This document shows positions 25,429-34,147 of a stretch of 64,000 nt of DNA, one piece after another. The notes beneath the pieces were generated by a model. It worked only from the letters and a program-made list of their open reading frames with translations. It was not told the origin of the DNA and ran no database searches. Origin of the DNA: an uncultured virus (IMG/VR IMGVR_UViG_3300013132_000045) (lineage: Duplodnaviria; Heunggongvirae; Uroviricota; Caudoviricetes); IMG/VR virus record IMGVR_UViG_3300013132_000045, one strand, 5' to 3'. How positions within the stretch are numbered: position 1 is the stretch's first letter; each line of letters begins with the position of its first letter. The position numbers and the translations under genes are program-made.

Positions 25429-26805
25429 GTGTTTAATGCTGATTTCTTTCCCACTCCAGCAGAAGTAGCGGCAGATATGCTCGATTGCTTAGACTTGCGC
25501 GGCAAAATAGTGTTGGAACCTAGTGCAGGTTCTGGCAATCTCATACAAGCCTGTCTAGAACGTGGTGCTCAAGAAATACTATGGTGCGAGCAAGAACCCA
25601 AGCTTCAAAATATTCTGAAGCCGATGGGCACCAAGCTAAAAGATGACTTCTTGCAAGTAGAAGCTGCTGACATATCACACATTGATCTAATCGTAATGAA
25701 TCCTCCATTTAGCGCTGATGAAAAGCACATTCTCCATGCTTTTTCCATTGCCCCTCCTGGTTGTCAAATAGTAAGTCTTTGCAATTGGCATACTATTGAT
25801 GGTCGTCACTGGGGGCGTCAGTTAGAACTGGCTAAAGTCATTGAAGCCTATGGAAGTAGTGAAAATCTTGGTGAATGTTTCACTGATGCAGAACGATCTA
25901 CACGCATAGAAATAGGCTTGGTGCGCCTTACGAAACTAAACACCAATAAAGAAGAGCAGTGGGAAGGCTTTTTCATGGGCAATGATGACATTGAAGCGCA
26001 GGGGCAGGGCATTATTCCTTACAGGCGCTCTAGGGATATTGTCAATCGTTACGTGGAAGCCTGCAAGCTATTTGACAAACAACTTCTTGTTGGACAGCAA
26101 ATGCACAATGTTCTTGATGGTTTTTTTGGTAAAGATTTGGGTTTACAAGTGACAGTTGAAGGAGCACCAGTTAGTCGCAATCGCTTTAGAAAAGACCTAC
26201 AAAAGGCAGCGTGGAAGCATGTGTTTGATGAATTCTTGCCTGCCCAAATGGCTACTAGCCAGTTACGTTCAGACATCAACGTATTTGTAGAAAAACAAAG
26301 TTGCATACCATTCACCGAACGTAATTTATTTCGTATGTTGCAAATTGTGGCAGGCACACAAGAACAACGTATTGACAAGGCAATAGAACAAGCCGTTGAT
26401 GCACTTACAAAACACACAAAAGAAAATCGCTTTGGACTAGAAGGCTGGGTGACAAATAATGGCTATATGCTCAGCCAAAAGTTCATCAAGCCGTATATGG
26501 CAGAATTGTCATGGAGTGGCAATGGCATAAGGTTGCATAATTATGGCAGTGCTTTTGATGAAATTCAAGACCTAATCAAAGCACTATGCTATATTACTGG
26601 CAAAAATTATGTTTTTATGGGGCAGCCATCAAGAACTGCTGATGGCACGTTCTGGCCTGGGGAATGGTATGATTGGGGCTTCTTCACCTTCAAGGTCTTC
26701 AAAAAGGGCACTGTTCATTTCAAATTCAAGAACAAAGACGATTGGGCCATGCTTAATCAACGTTATGCAAAAATTAAAGGGCAAACACTGCCGGAGGTTT
26801 TATGA
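25429..26805 (+). CDS. SAM-dependent amino-DNA methyltransferase with DUF4942-like C-terminus
   Basis: DFFPTP, VLEPSAGSG, MNPPF, KVFKKGTVHFKF. Confidence 0.85.
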   Translation: MFNADFFPTPAEVAADMLDCLDLRGKIVLEPSAGSGNLIQACLERGAQEILWCEQEPKLQNILKPMGTKLKDDFLQVEAADISHIDLIVMNPPFSADEKHILHAFSIAPPGCQIVSLCNWHTIDGRHWGRQLELAKVIEAYGSSENLGECFTDAERSTRIEIGLVRLTKLNTNKEEQWEGFFMGNDDIEAQGQGIIPYRRSRDIVNRYVEACKLFDKQLLVGQQMHNVLDGFFGKDLGLQVTVEGAPVSRNRFRKDLQKAAWKHVFDEFLPAQMATSQLRSDINVFVEKQSCIPFTERNLFRMLQIVAGTQEQRIDKAIEQAVDALTKHTKENRFGLEGWVTNNGYMLSQKFIKPYMAELSWSGNGIRLHNYGSAFDEIQDLIKALCYITGKNYVFMGQPSRTADGTFWPGEWYDWGFFTFKVFKKGTVHFKFKNKDDWAMLNQRYAKIKGQTLPEVL

Positions 26806-26870
26806 TTCTCATTGACTATTTCACTGATGCTTGCTGCAAAGGCACAGAGCTTATTGAGGGCTGGTATTGA
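26802..26870 (+). pseudogene. Truncated gene remnant (22 aa)
   Basis: ATGA-coupled start MILIDYFTDACCKGTELIEGWY, then an immediate stop. Confidence 0.4.
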
Positions 26871-26974
26871 TGCTGATTTCTTGCCTGAGACTACGGCCAA
26901 CTAATGACCATGCTAAGCGCCTAGGCTTGCCAGTGATCTAAGCTCGCAAGCCCGACAGGTTGCGCATTACCTTT

Positions 26975-27002
26975 CCCCCGCCTAATTAGGTGGGGTTTTT
27001 TT
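26975..27002 (+). terminator. Intrinsic terminator
   Basis: CCCCGCCT-AATT-AGGTGGGG-TTTTTTT. Confidence 0.75.
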
Positions 27003-27066
27003 GTTGGTTGAGTTGGGGAAAATTCGCCCAAGCTTCCCCCCGTATCCATAAAAAAAACCTTCCTAT

Positions 27067-27097
27067 AAAAAAAGAGCCCCTAATTAGGGGCCCTTTT
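27067..27097 (-). terminator. Intrinsic terminator (probably bidirectional)
   Basis: AAAAAAAGAGCCCCT-AATT-AGGGGCCCTTTT. Confidence 0.7.
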
Positions 27098-27107
27098 ACT
27101 ATACTTT

Positions 27108-27287
27108 CTAGAGTTTGTATAGTTTCTCCAGCTTGTTTCGCTGGTTATCTATAGTCTCCAGGGACTCTAGCTTGTTTGTCAGTTCCCGGATCTTGTCTAA
27201 TCTTGACTGTATTCTTTTATTGTTAATTTCATCCAATTTCCTTAAATTATTGATCGCATCTTCAAAGAGGTTAGCTACGTTTTCCAT
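27108..27287 (-). CDS. Small coiled-coil protein, 59 aa (not in ORF track)
   Basis: MENVANLFEDAINNLRKLDEINNKRIQSRLDKIRELTNKLESLETIDNQRNKLEKLYKL; TATACT -10 upstream, terminator downstream. Confidence 0.65.
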   Translation of the reverse strand: MENVANLFEDAINNLRKLDEINNKRIQSRLDKIRELTNKLESLETIDNQRNKLEKLYKL

Positions 27288-27529
27288 GGGAGCGTAAAGT
27301 ATAGAGAATTGGCGGAATCGTTTCCGCTTTCCTATTGTTGCAAAAACTCCCGCCAGGATCGGCGAACTTTAGAAAAACTTTACAATTCATTGATTAGTAT
27401 TTCTTATGGGGAGCAGTAGTACGGGCGTACTAGCGCGGCGGCGGGGGCTCACCCCCTCCCAAGCGGAACACTATTTTCAAACGACTTTTTTGCCCCTAAG
27501 TATAAACAATTCCGCCTCTTTTTTCGCTC

Positions 27530-28045
27530 ATTATAAAGAGCGCTTCGCGCTCTGTCAGAACATCTTCAATGTTCCTCTTTATAGCCCAAAAGCCAGTAGA
27601 TACTGCCCGAACGGTTATTCTTCAATGGACGGGAGTGAGGGCATTAGATTGTTCGCGCTGAGGAAAGTGCCACGAGCGAGCGAGCCCTCAAGGCGAGCTT
27701 TATTCAAGCACTTTCCTTTCCATAGTTTTTTTGTTTTTTTGCAGTAGTTCTGTTATGAAAGGAATTATGGCTGTTTTTTCATGCTCCCCCTGGCTGCGCA
27801 CACTATCAGCGGCTAGTGACTATTTACTAGCTTGTAAGCCAAGAAAAGAAAGTAGTTTAGAAGATGGTTGTTAGGAAGAGGCCCTAGGAACGAACGCCTT
27901 GGGGGCTATTGCGCGTACGGGCCTCTGAGCGAAGGGAGCTTAAGAAAAGCTTTTTGAAAGGGGCCAGAGGAAGGCCGCAGGAATGACGCTCTTGGGGAGC
28001 TACCTTCGCGAAGCGGCCTTCCGCACAATGGCTAACAACCATCGT
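27530..28045. repeat. Hairpin-rich non-coding element homologous to 12240-12530
   Basis: Perfect 10-12 bp stems and shared motifs; see findings. Confidence 0.6.
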
Positions 28046-28161
28046 TCCTGCTGGAAATGGCAGGTACGACTTTCAGCCGAGGCTGCGCCATGAGCCTATC
28101 GTATATCAGCCTGTGAGTCAGAGTATGCTACTATTTAAGAGTGTTTACGAAAAAAAGGACC

Positions 28162-28854
28162 ATGATTCAGAATTGTCTGCTGGTGTTGGCATGGGCTAAT
28201 GCTCCAAACAAGGTGCGGCTTATTCCTTGTCAAAATGAGCAAGAAGCCGTTAGTGAAATTGCAAGCATGGTGCTATGCAGCTCTGAAGATTTGCAAGTGA
28301 CAGCTTTTGGCTTTATTGATGATGCTCATCGTTTTAGAAGCCAATGGTCTTCTATTGCCAAGGAAGAATGGTTTGATTTTTCTCCTGCAATGAAGGCGCT
28401 GCTCCTGGACACCCTGGATAATCGGCGTAAAGTTCTTAAAGCTGTTATTCCCTCTTCCATTGACAATTATTTGCGATGGCCCGAATGGAACATTTCCCAT
28501 GCTGAACGTCGTCGTCTTAACATTGAGGCAGGGCGCCTGCCAAGCTTTGTACAAGATGCCACTGATTATGTGCTATGGGCCGTTGCCGCTGTTAATGCTC
28601 AACGCAACTATTGCTGCTCTCGTGATATTGTTCGCCATCCTGCAAATGATGGACTTTACAATTCAAGTACCATCTACAATGTCCTTGCTGAAAGCAAGAA
28701 AAAAGGCCTCATCAAAGAAGATATTATCGCCACTTCTAAAGTATTTTCGCTCACCAATGCAGGCACAAAGTTTTTGAAAGAAACAGAAGAAGTTTCAAAA
28801 ACGCCTCGTCTACGCAAAAGCGCTAAAAGCCTTTACGGAGGAATTGTTTCATGA
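28162..28854 (+). CDS. Hypothetical protein with C-terminal winged-helix-like region
   Basis: STIYNVLAESKKKGLI...FSLTNAG; N-terminal EEWF. Confidence 0.55.
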   Translation: MIQNCLLVLAWANAPNKVRLIPCQNEQEAVSEIASMVLCSSEDLQVTAFGFIDDAHRFRSQWSSIAKEEWFDFSPAMKALLLDTLDNRRKVLKAVIPSSIDNYLRWPEWNISHAERRRLNIEAGRLPSFVQDATDYVLWAVAAVNAQRNYCCSRDIVRHPANDGLYNSSTIYNVLAESKKKGLIKEDIIATSKVFSLTNAGTKFLKETEEVSKTPRLRKSAKSLYGGIVS

Positions 28855-29099
28855 GCTATAATCTCCCCTATGAAGGCTTTGCAGAAATAAAGGCTATATG
28901 GCGCATTCACACGCCTAGTAAACGCTATAAAAATAAAATATTGGCTATTTTTGAAAAGCTTATGCAGCCTGCTAAAACCAGCTTTTATAAAATTAGTTTT
29001 CCAAAATATGATGGCTATCAATTTGATTTAATGAGCTTGACCATTGAGCATGAAGACGCTACGATGCCATCGACCATGCCTTCCTACCCCGACTGGTGA
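28851..29099 (+). CDS. Hypothetical protein
   Basis: ATGA overlap. Confidence 0.5.
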   Translation: MSYNLPYEGFAEIKAIWRIHTPSKRYKNKILAIFEKLMQPAKTSFYKISFPKYDGYQFDLMSLTIEHEDATMPSTMPSYPDW

Positions 29100-29518
29100 C
29101 CACCATGCCTTCTTCTTTTAATGATTGGAGCCGTCTCGTCACAAAGCACGTTCTGGACGACCCTGCAGGCTTCAGCGAGCTTGTAAACCGCTTGGAAGTG
29201 TGTGAGCACGCTGGCAGCAAATCTGCCGCAGCAGCCATGGGCTTTCTTCTAGGAAAAGCAGGAAGCATCCCTGAAAAAGAAGAGCCTTCTGTTTACGATG
29301 ATGTGGTGGATGTTCTTGACCAAATGGGATGGAGAAGCGATGGCAAGGGCCTAGAAGCCTGCGAAGCTGCAGATAAAATCTTTGGCATTATTTACCAATG
29401 GATTGATAAGACGCTGGAAGAAGATGGCTATCCCGAAGCAGAAGAAATGACGGAGGCCGAATGGAACACAAGGAAAGTGATCATGGAAGCATTTGCCAAT
29501 AAAATGCCGCCTCTGTAA
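29096..29518 (+). CDS. Hypothetical protein
   Basis: 140-aa acidic ORF. Confidence 0.6.
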   Translation: MTTMPSSFNDWSRLVTKHVLDDPAGFSELVNRLEVCEHAGSKSAAAAMGFLLGKAGSIPEKEEPSVYDDVVDVLDQMGWRSDGKGLEACEAADKIFGIIYQWIDKTLEEDGYPEAEEMTEAEWNTRKVIMEAFANKMPPL

Positions 29519-29589
29519 CATTCCTTACTTATTTCCCCTCCATTGTTCTCCTTCTTGCCCTAGTCTTGCTAAAAGGCTGGGGCTTAATT

Positions 29590-29778
29590 GTGTTTGACGA
29601 TCTTCCCGCTCCGTTTAATGTGGGGGCCATTAAGATTTGGCCCGTCCATAGTCGCCCTGGCTTTGCTCATTTCATTGCTTTTGAAGGCAAGCCTTTTTAC
29701 TTTCGTTCTCGTGCTGAAGCCATGCTTTTTGCCAGGGACAAGCAATCTGCGCACGATCCTGAAAACATTTGCGACTAG
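29590..29778 (+). CDS. Hypothetical protein
   Basis: GTG start; FIAFEGKPFYFRSRAEA. Confidence 0.55.
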   Translation: MFDDLPAPFNVGAIKIWPVHSRPGFAHFIAFEGKPFYFRSRAEAMLFARDKQSAHDPENICD

Positions 29779-29927
29779 CGGAAGGGAAGGGCTTGGTTTG
29801 CGCTAGCCTGCTTTGGTTGGTCGCGCTCCGCTTGGCGGGGCTTTTGTTTTCATGACGTTTAAGGAACAAGCAAAGGCTGAAAAAAGTGATAGGATTCCCT
29901 GTATCTCGTCACGGAGCTTGCCCCACC

Positions 29928-30449
29928 ATGTCGCCTCCAGCCCATTTGCCACTCGACATCGAAAGGATGGCGAGTAAGTTACTTGTTGATCCATCCAGTC
30001 CAACAGGCTTAAGGTGGAAAATAGACCACTGGAAAATGAGGGCCGGCGACATTGCTGGCACCATTAAAGACACTGGTCACTGCATCGTCAATTTTTACGG
30101 CAAGCGATTTCACACCCATCGCATTGTTTGGGCTCTGCATAATCAACAAGATCCTGGTCCCTATACTGTTGATCACATTGATCGCAATCCCGCAAACAAT
30201 GATCCCGCGAATTTAAGGCTGGCTACTTACGAAGGTCAGATGCGCAACACGCGCCCCAAAAAATCTAAATATGGCAGGGGTGTGAAAAAAATTGACAACA
30301 GGTACTACGCCCGAATTATTGTCAATAATAAAGACATTAGCCTAGGCGGATTCGCCACAGCCGAAGAAGCCCGGCAGCGGGCAGCGCAAGCTCGCGAAGT
30401 CTATGCACAGCAAAATCATTCGTCCCTTTATCCGACTCTTGAATCATGA
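29928..30449 (+). mobile_element. Free-standing HNH-AP2 homing endonuclease
   Basis: SPTGLRWK, HRIVWALH, VDHIDRNPANNDPANLR; AP2-like YYARI...LGGFATAEEA. Confidence 0.85.
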
Positions 30450-31885
30450 ATCTCAAAGAAAAAGCTCGTTGCACTCCCATTGCCCGCACTGGGCGCGTAC
30501 AGGATTGGATGGACAATCCCGAAAATCGTCACGCTGTTAGCTGCACCACGTTTGTAGTAGAAGATTCAATGGAAGGGAGAGATGGCATTGAAGCATCTTG
30601 GCGCTTTACTTCCCATGGGCTACGAAATGGTGCTGGCGTGGCTATACATTTGTCTAAACTGCGCGGTAAGGGCGCAGAAAATGGCAAGGGCCTTGTTGCC
30701 AGTGGTCCCGTAAGCTTCGGTAAAATCTATTCCACGCTCAATGAAATCTTGCGTCGTGGTGGCGTCTATAAGAACGGCGCTGTAGTTCTTCATTTGGACT
30801 ATGACCACCCTGATCTTCTTGACTTCATCACTGCTTCCCGCAGCGAACTTCCCTGGGCAAAGCGTTGCGTAAACGTAGATCAAGACTTCTTGGAAAAGCT
30901 TCCAAGCGGAGTTATTGATGCCTTGCTGAAGTCGATTGCCAATGGCGACGTATGGTTGATGAAGAAAAGATGGAACAATAAAGGAGAGCGCATTTATGGA
31001 AATGTGTGCCTTGAAGTGTTACTTCCTTCTCGCGGCACTTGTCTATTGCAGCATGTCAATCTTGGTGCCTGTTCGCTAGGCGATATTCGGCCTGCTTTCG
31101 CTGAAGGCATGACACAGCTCTGTGAGCTTCATGCTCGCACTGGCGTTGGCGACACTGGCGAATATCTTTTTCCTTCCATTGATAAGCAAGTGGGCCTTGG
31201 CATTCTTGGCTTAGCTAATTTTCTTTCCATCCATGGCATTTCTTATGAGGATCTTGGTGATGCTTTAGAAGCCTATTTAATAATGGACCCTGATGAATGG
31301 CTTTACACTTATGAAGAATCATCTGCTGGAGAATTTGTCTGGGCTTTAGACCAAGGCATCAAGAAAGCTGCCTTTGTAGCAATGCAGCATGGCATGGAAC
31401 GCGCCTTTGCCATTGCTCCTACTGCCTCCTGCTCCTATCGCTATCTTGACTCTCGTGGCTTCACCACGGCTCCTGAAATTGCTCCTCCCATTGACCGTCT
31501 TGTAGATAGGGACAGTGAAACAATGGGAGTGGAACGGTTTGATTATGGAGCAGTGGAAATTGCTGAAGAAGTGGGCTGGAAAGCATTTCGTAAAGTGGCT
31601 GATGGCATTTGCACTTTGCTTGAACGCACTGGTCTGTTCCATGGCTATTCCATGAACTGGTGGGCTGATCAAGTGGTGTGTGATGAAGCTTTTATTAAAG
31701 AATGGTTGGATAGTCCTCAAACCTCCATTTATTATGCTTTGCAAGTGCAATCTGGCACACAAGCTAAAGATGATGTTGGGGTAGAATTAGGGGAGAGCCT
31801 AACCAGCTTCTTTGGGCTGGAAAATGAAAACGAGCCTTTGGCTTGTTCTATAGAAACAGGCTTTTGCGCCGCCTGTTCCGAGTGA
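30446..31885 (+). CDS. nrdA: Ribonucleotide reductase alpha subunit, minimal cyanophage class I type
   Basis: ARTGRVQDW, VSCT, GPVSF, LRRGG, NVCLE, IAPTASCS, IYY, C-terminal CAAC; beta gene adjacent. Confidence 0.88.
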   Translation: MNLKEKARCTPIARTGRVQDWMDNPENRHAVSCTTFVVEDSMEGRDGIEASWRFTSHGLRNGAGVAIHLSKLRGKGAENGKGLVASGPVSFGKIYSTLNEILRRGGVYKNGAVVLHLDYDHPDLLDFITASRSELPWAKRCVNVDQDFLEKLPSGVIDALLKSIANGDVWLMKKRWNNKGERIYGNVCLEVLLPSRGTCLLQHVNLGACSLGDIRPAFAEGMTQLCELHARTGVGDTGEYLFPSIDKQVGLGILGLANFLSIHGISYEDLGDALEAYLIMDPDEWLYTYEESSAGEFVWALDQGIKKAAFVAMQHGMERAFAIAPTASCSYRYLDSRGFTTAPEIAPPIDRLVDRDSETMGVERFDYGAVEIAEEVGWKAFRKVADGICTLLERTGLFHGYSMNWWADQVVCDEAFIKEWLDSPQTSIYYALQVQSGTQAKDDVGVELGESLTSFFGLENENEPLACSIETGFCAACSE

Positions 31886-31966
31886 TCATTTCTTTCATTG
31901 TTTCTCATGGGGCTATATTTTTAGCCCCCTATTTGTCGTCCATTATTTTCATTGCTTTAACTAAAA

Positions 31967-32695
31967 ATGGCTGTTCTTGATTATTTTGCTGCTGTTGCTC
32001 GTAAGCGTCCATGGCAAGCAGTGCCTGTGACAAAAGGGGCGTTGACTCCTGGAAGTGAGGAGACTATTTTTCGTGCTCTTGCCATTCGCCACCTTGAACT
32101 TCCCGTGAAGGACATGCTGCTGCAGGGACTAGAGCGTGATCTGCCTGATTCGCCTGGTCTCATTGAAAGCATCTATAGCAACATGGCTGATGAAGAGCGC
32201 CATGACGAAGCACTTGGTTATGTAGCTGCTGCTCATGGCATGGACGACAAGGTCGAAGCGGAGGCTATGCGCATTCGTCAGGCATGGATTGATCATCCTG
32301 CCTTTCCCATTGTTAAAGTTGCGACAATTGAACGAAGCTTGTTTTTTACAATCCTGCCGTTTTTTCGTTTTAATGGCGACAAAGGATTGCGCACTGTTGC
32401 CAGTGACATCTCCCGCGATGAAATTTGCCACTCTTTTTGCAATACAAAGATCGCGGAAGAATCTGGCGAGGAATATAGCAATAGCTTGAATAAGTTGCGT
32501 AAAATGACTGCGCTGTGGATTTATGACAAACTTGGATCTTCATCCAACAAATACCTTGACAAGGACTTCTGGCTGCGTCAAAGCGACAGTCTGTTCCTTA
32601 GCGGGAAAGCTCCAGAGCTGAACGAGACACGAGCTAGCACAATGCCATGTTTCTTTGAAAGCAATGCGCTAAATCTCCCAGCGTATGGTAGGTAG
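31967..32695 (+). CDS. nrdB: Ribonucleotide reductase beta subunit (ferritin-like)
   Basis: ELPV, DEERH, IER, DEICH di-metal ligands; LPFFR. Confidence 0.8.
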   Translation: MAVLDYFAAVARKRPWQAVPVTKGALTPGSEETIFRALAIRHLELPVKDMLLQGLERDLPDSPGLIESIYSNMADEERHDEALGYVAAAHGMDDKVEAEAMRIRQAWIDHPAFPIVKVATIERSLFFTILPFFRFNGDKGLRTVASDISRDEICHSFCNTKIAEESGEEYSNSLNKLRKMTALWIYDKLGSSSNKYLDKDFWLRQSDSLFLSGKAPELNETRASTMPCFFESNALNLPAYGR

Positions 32696-32790
32696 AAATA
32701 CTTAGTGCGCGGGGTCTTGCAAAGTGCTTGCTCAGGCTTAAACTACTGACGCCTCCCGCTGCAGAAAGCGTAACCACCAGGTCAGAGCCC

Positions 32791-33345
32791 ATGACAGCTT
32801 TTATTATTGCAGACACTCATTGGAGACACGCTAAAAGCTTGTCTTTCATTCAGCCCGATGGTTCCCCATTGCGTCCATTTGATTCTGTTGAAGAAATGGA
32901 TGAGACAATGGTGGAAAAATGGAATTCAGTGGTTAAAGCTAAAGATATTGTATATCACCTAGGCGATGTAGCAATTCCTCGCAGTGGGCTAAAGCACTTG
33001 GCCAAGTGCAATGGGAGAAAGATTCTCATTCGCGGCAACCATGACACCTTCAAGCTTAAAGACTATGCTGAGCATTTTGAAGACATTCGTGGCGCTCATT
33101 TTCATCAGCCAGGATCGTTAATGCTTGGTGGTCTTATTTTCACTCACATTCCCGTGCATCCCGATAATTTGCAAGGACACTATCGAGGCTGCGTACACGG
33201 ACACCTTCATTGTCATCTAGTCTTGAAGGACGGACAGATTGACAAAAGGTATTTTAATGCTTGTGTAGAAAGAAACAATTTCACTCCAGTACCGTTGGAA
33301 AAGGTGATTGATTATTTCCATCATGGAAGAGAGGCGCACGTTTAA
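32791..33345 (+). CDS. Calcineurin-like metallophosphoesterase
   Basis: DTH, YHLGDV, RGNHD, THIP, HGHLH. Confidence 0.9.
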   Translation: MTAFIIADTHWRHAKSLSFIQPDGSPLRPFDSVEEMDETMVEKWNSVVKAKDIVYHLGDVAIPRSGLKHLAKCNGRKILIRGNHDTFKLKDYAEHFEDIRGAHFHQPGSLMLGGLIFTHIPVHPDNLQGHYRGCVHGHLHCHLVLKDGQIDKRYFNACVERNNFTPVPLEKVIDYFHHGREAHV

Positions 33346-33523
33346 TACTCCCATTAGAGAGCCATGGAATCCCATCATTCATCATTGCCTAAAAGCCATT
33401 GATGAACACATGAGCCTATACCTTCGCCATCGTGACCCTTGGCATCTCCAGAAGGCTGCTTTTTTGCGAAACTATATGAAAGAGCTTAAAACCTACATCC
33501 ATAGAAAGGAGGGCAAATTATGA
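33323..33523 (+). CDS. Hypothetical cyanophage protein
   Basis: FNTPIREPWNPIIH..LKAID.H. Confidence 0.65.
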   Translation: MEERRTFNTPIREPWNPIIHHCLKAIDEHMSLYLRHRDPWHLQKAAFLRNYMKELKTYIHRKEGKL

Positions 33524-33681
33524 CTGTTCTCCAATATCGAGGCATTGCCTATTCAATGGAAGAAGAACATCAAACTTTTTCTAATTGGTGGCGTTTCATT
33601 CATCGCCCCACTTTATGGTTGGCCTATAGAGGCTTAAAATACAGACCATGTCAAGCTGATAAACAAGCCTGGAAAAGCTAA
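33520..33681 (+). CDS. DUF4278-like small protein, 53 aa (not in ORF track)
   Basis: Two L-x-YRG-x-x-Y motifs (LQYRGIAY, LAYRGLKY); ATGA overlap. Confidence 0.6.
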   Translation: MTVLQYRGIAYSMEEEHQTFSNWWRFIHRPTLWLAYRGLKYRPCQADKQAWKS

Positions 33682-33860
33682 TTGCAACTAGCCTGTCCTA
33701 AGGTTAGTTCTTTATATTCCTCTTCCCATTGCTCCTTGGCTGCCCTTGCAAGGCGAGCTTCTTCACTCATGGGGCCATAGGCCCTTCCAGCCTCTTCAAT
33801 GGCCTCAGAGGCTTCTATAGCGTTCTCCCAGGCTTCTTCTGCAGCGCGTGATAAGACCAT
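33678..33860 (-). CDS. Hypothetical protein
   Basis: 60-aa helical ORF with upstream TAGACT. Confidence 0.5.
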   Translation of the reverse strand: MVLSRAAEEAWENAIEASEAIEEAGRAYGPMSEEARLARAAKEQWEEEYKELTLGQASCN

Positions 33861-33917
33861 GGGAGCAAAAGCTTGTTGCCTTGAGTCTACCTAGCTGGAG
33901 CTTATGTTGCTTCAAGC

Positions 33918-34106
33918 CTACTTTGCTGGGGCTTGTAAATTGCTCATTGCTTTTAGCACTTTTTCTGCTTCATGCAATTTAGGCAATAATTGAGGCTTAT
34001 AGGCATGTTCCGCTGCAAGAAGCTGCAGAGCAGTTTGTCTAGTGCTTTCCAGCAAGGCTATTAAAAAAAGTACTTCCTGCTTGGAAAGATCAATGGCAAT
34101 GTTCAT
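33918..34106 (-). CDS. Hypothetical protein
   Basis: 62-aa ORF with upstream TAGAAT. Confidence 0.5.
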   Translation of the reverse strand: MNIAIDLSKQEVLFLIALLESTRQTALQLLAAEHAYKPQLLPKLHEAEKVLKAMSNLQAPAK

Positions 34107-34147
34107 TTTTTACGAAAAAGGCAAATTCGTGAAAATTCTAACCGTGA

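Noticed and set aside
27406..27747. 113-aa ORF in the hairpin region
   Set aside because: No protein-like features; the region is better explained by stems and repeats
29515..29528. NtcA site GTA-N8-TAC
   Set aside because: Single short match overlapping a stop codon; the nearest -10-like hexamer is not at the canonical ~22-nt spacing
29852..30480. Group I intron splitting nrdA
   Set aside because: The HNH ORF fills the interval, no P7/catalytic core is visible, and nrdA has its own coupled ATG
30446..31885. Class II (B12) RNR
   Set aside because: An adjacent ferritin-like beta gene and tandem Tyr (IYY) indicate class I
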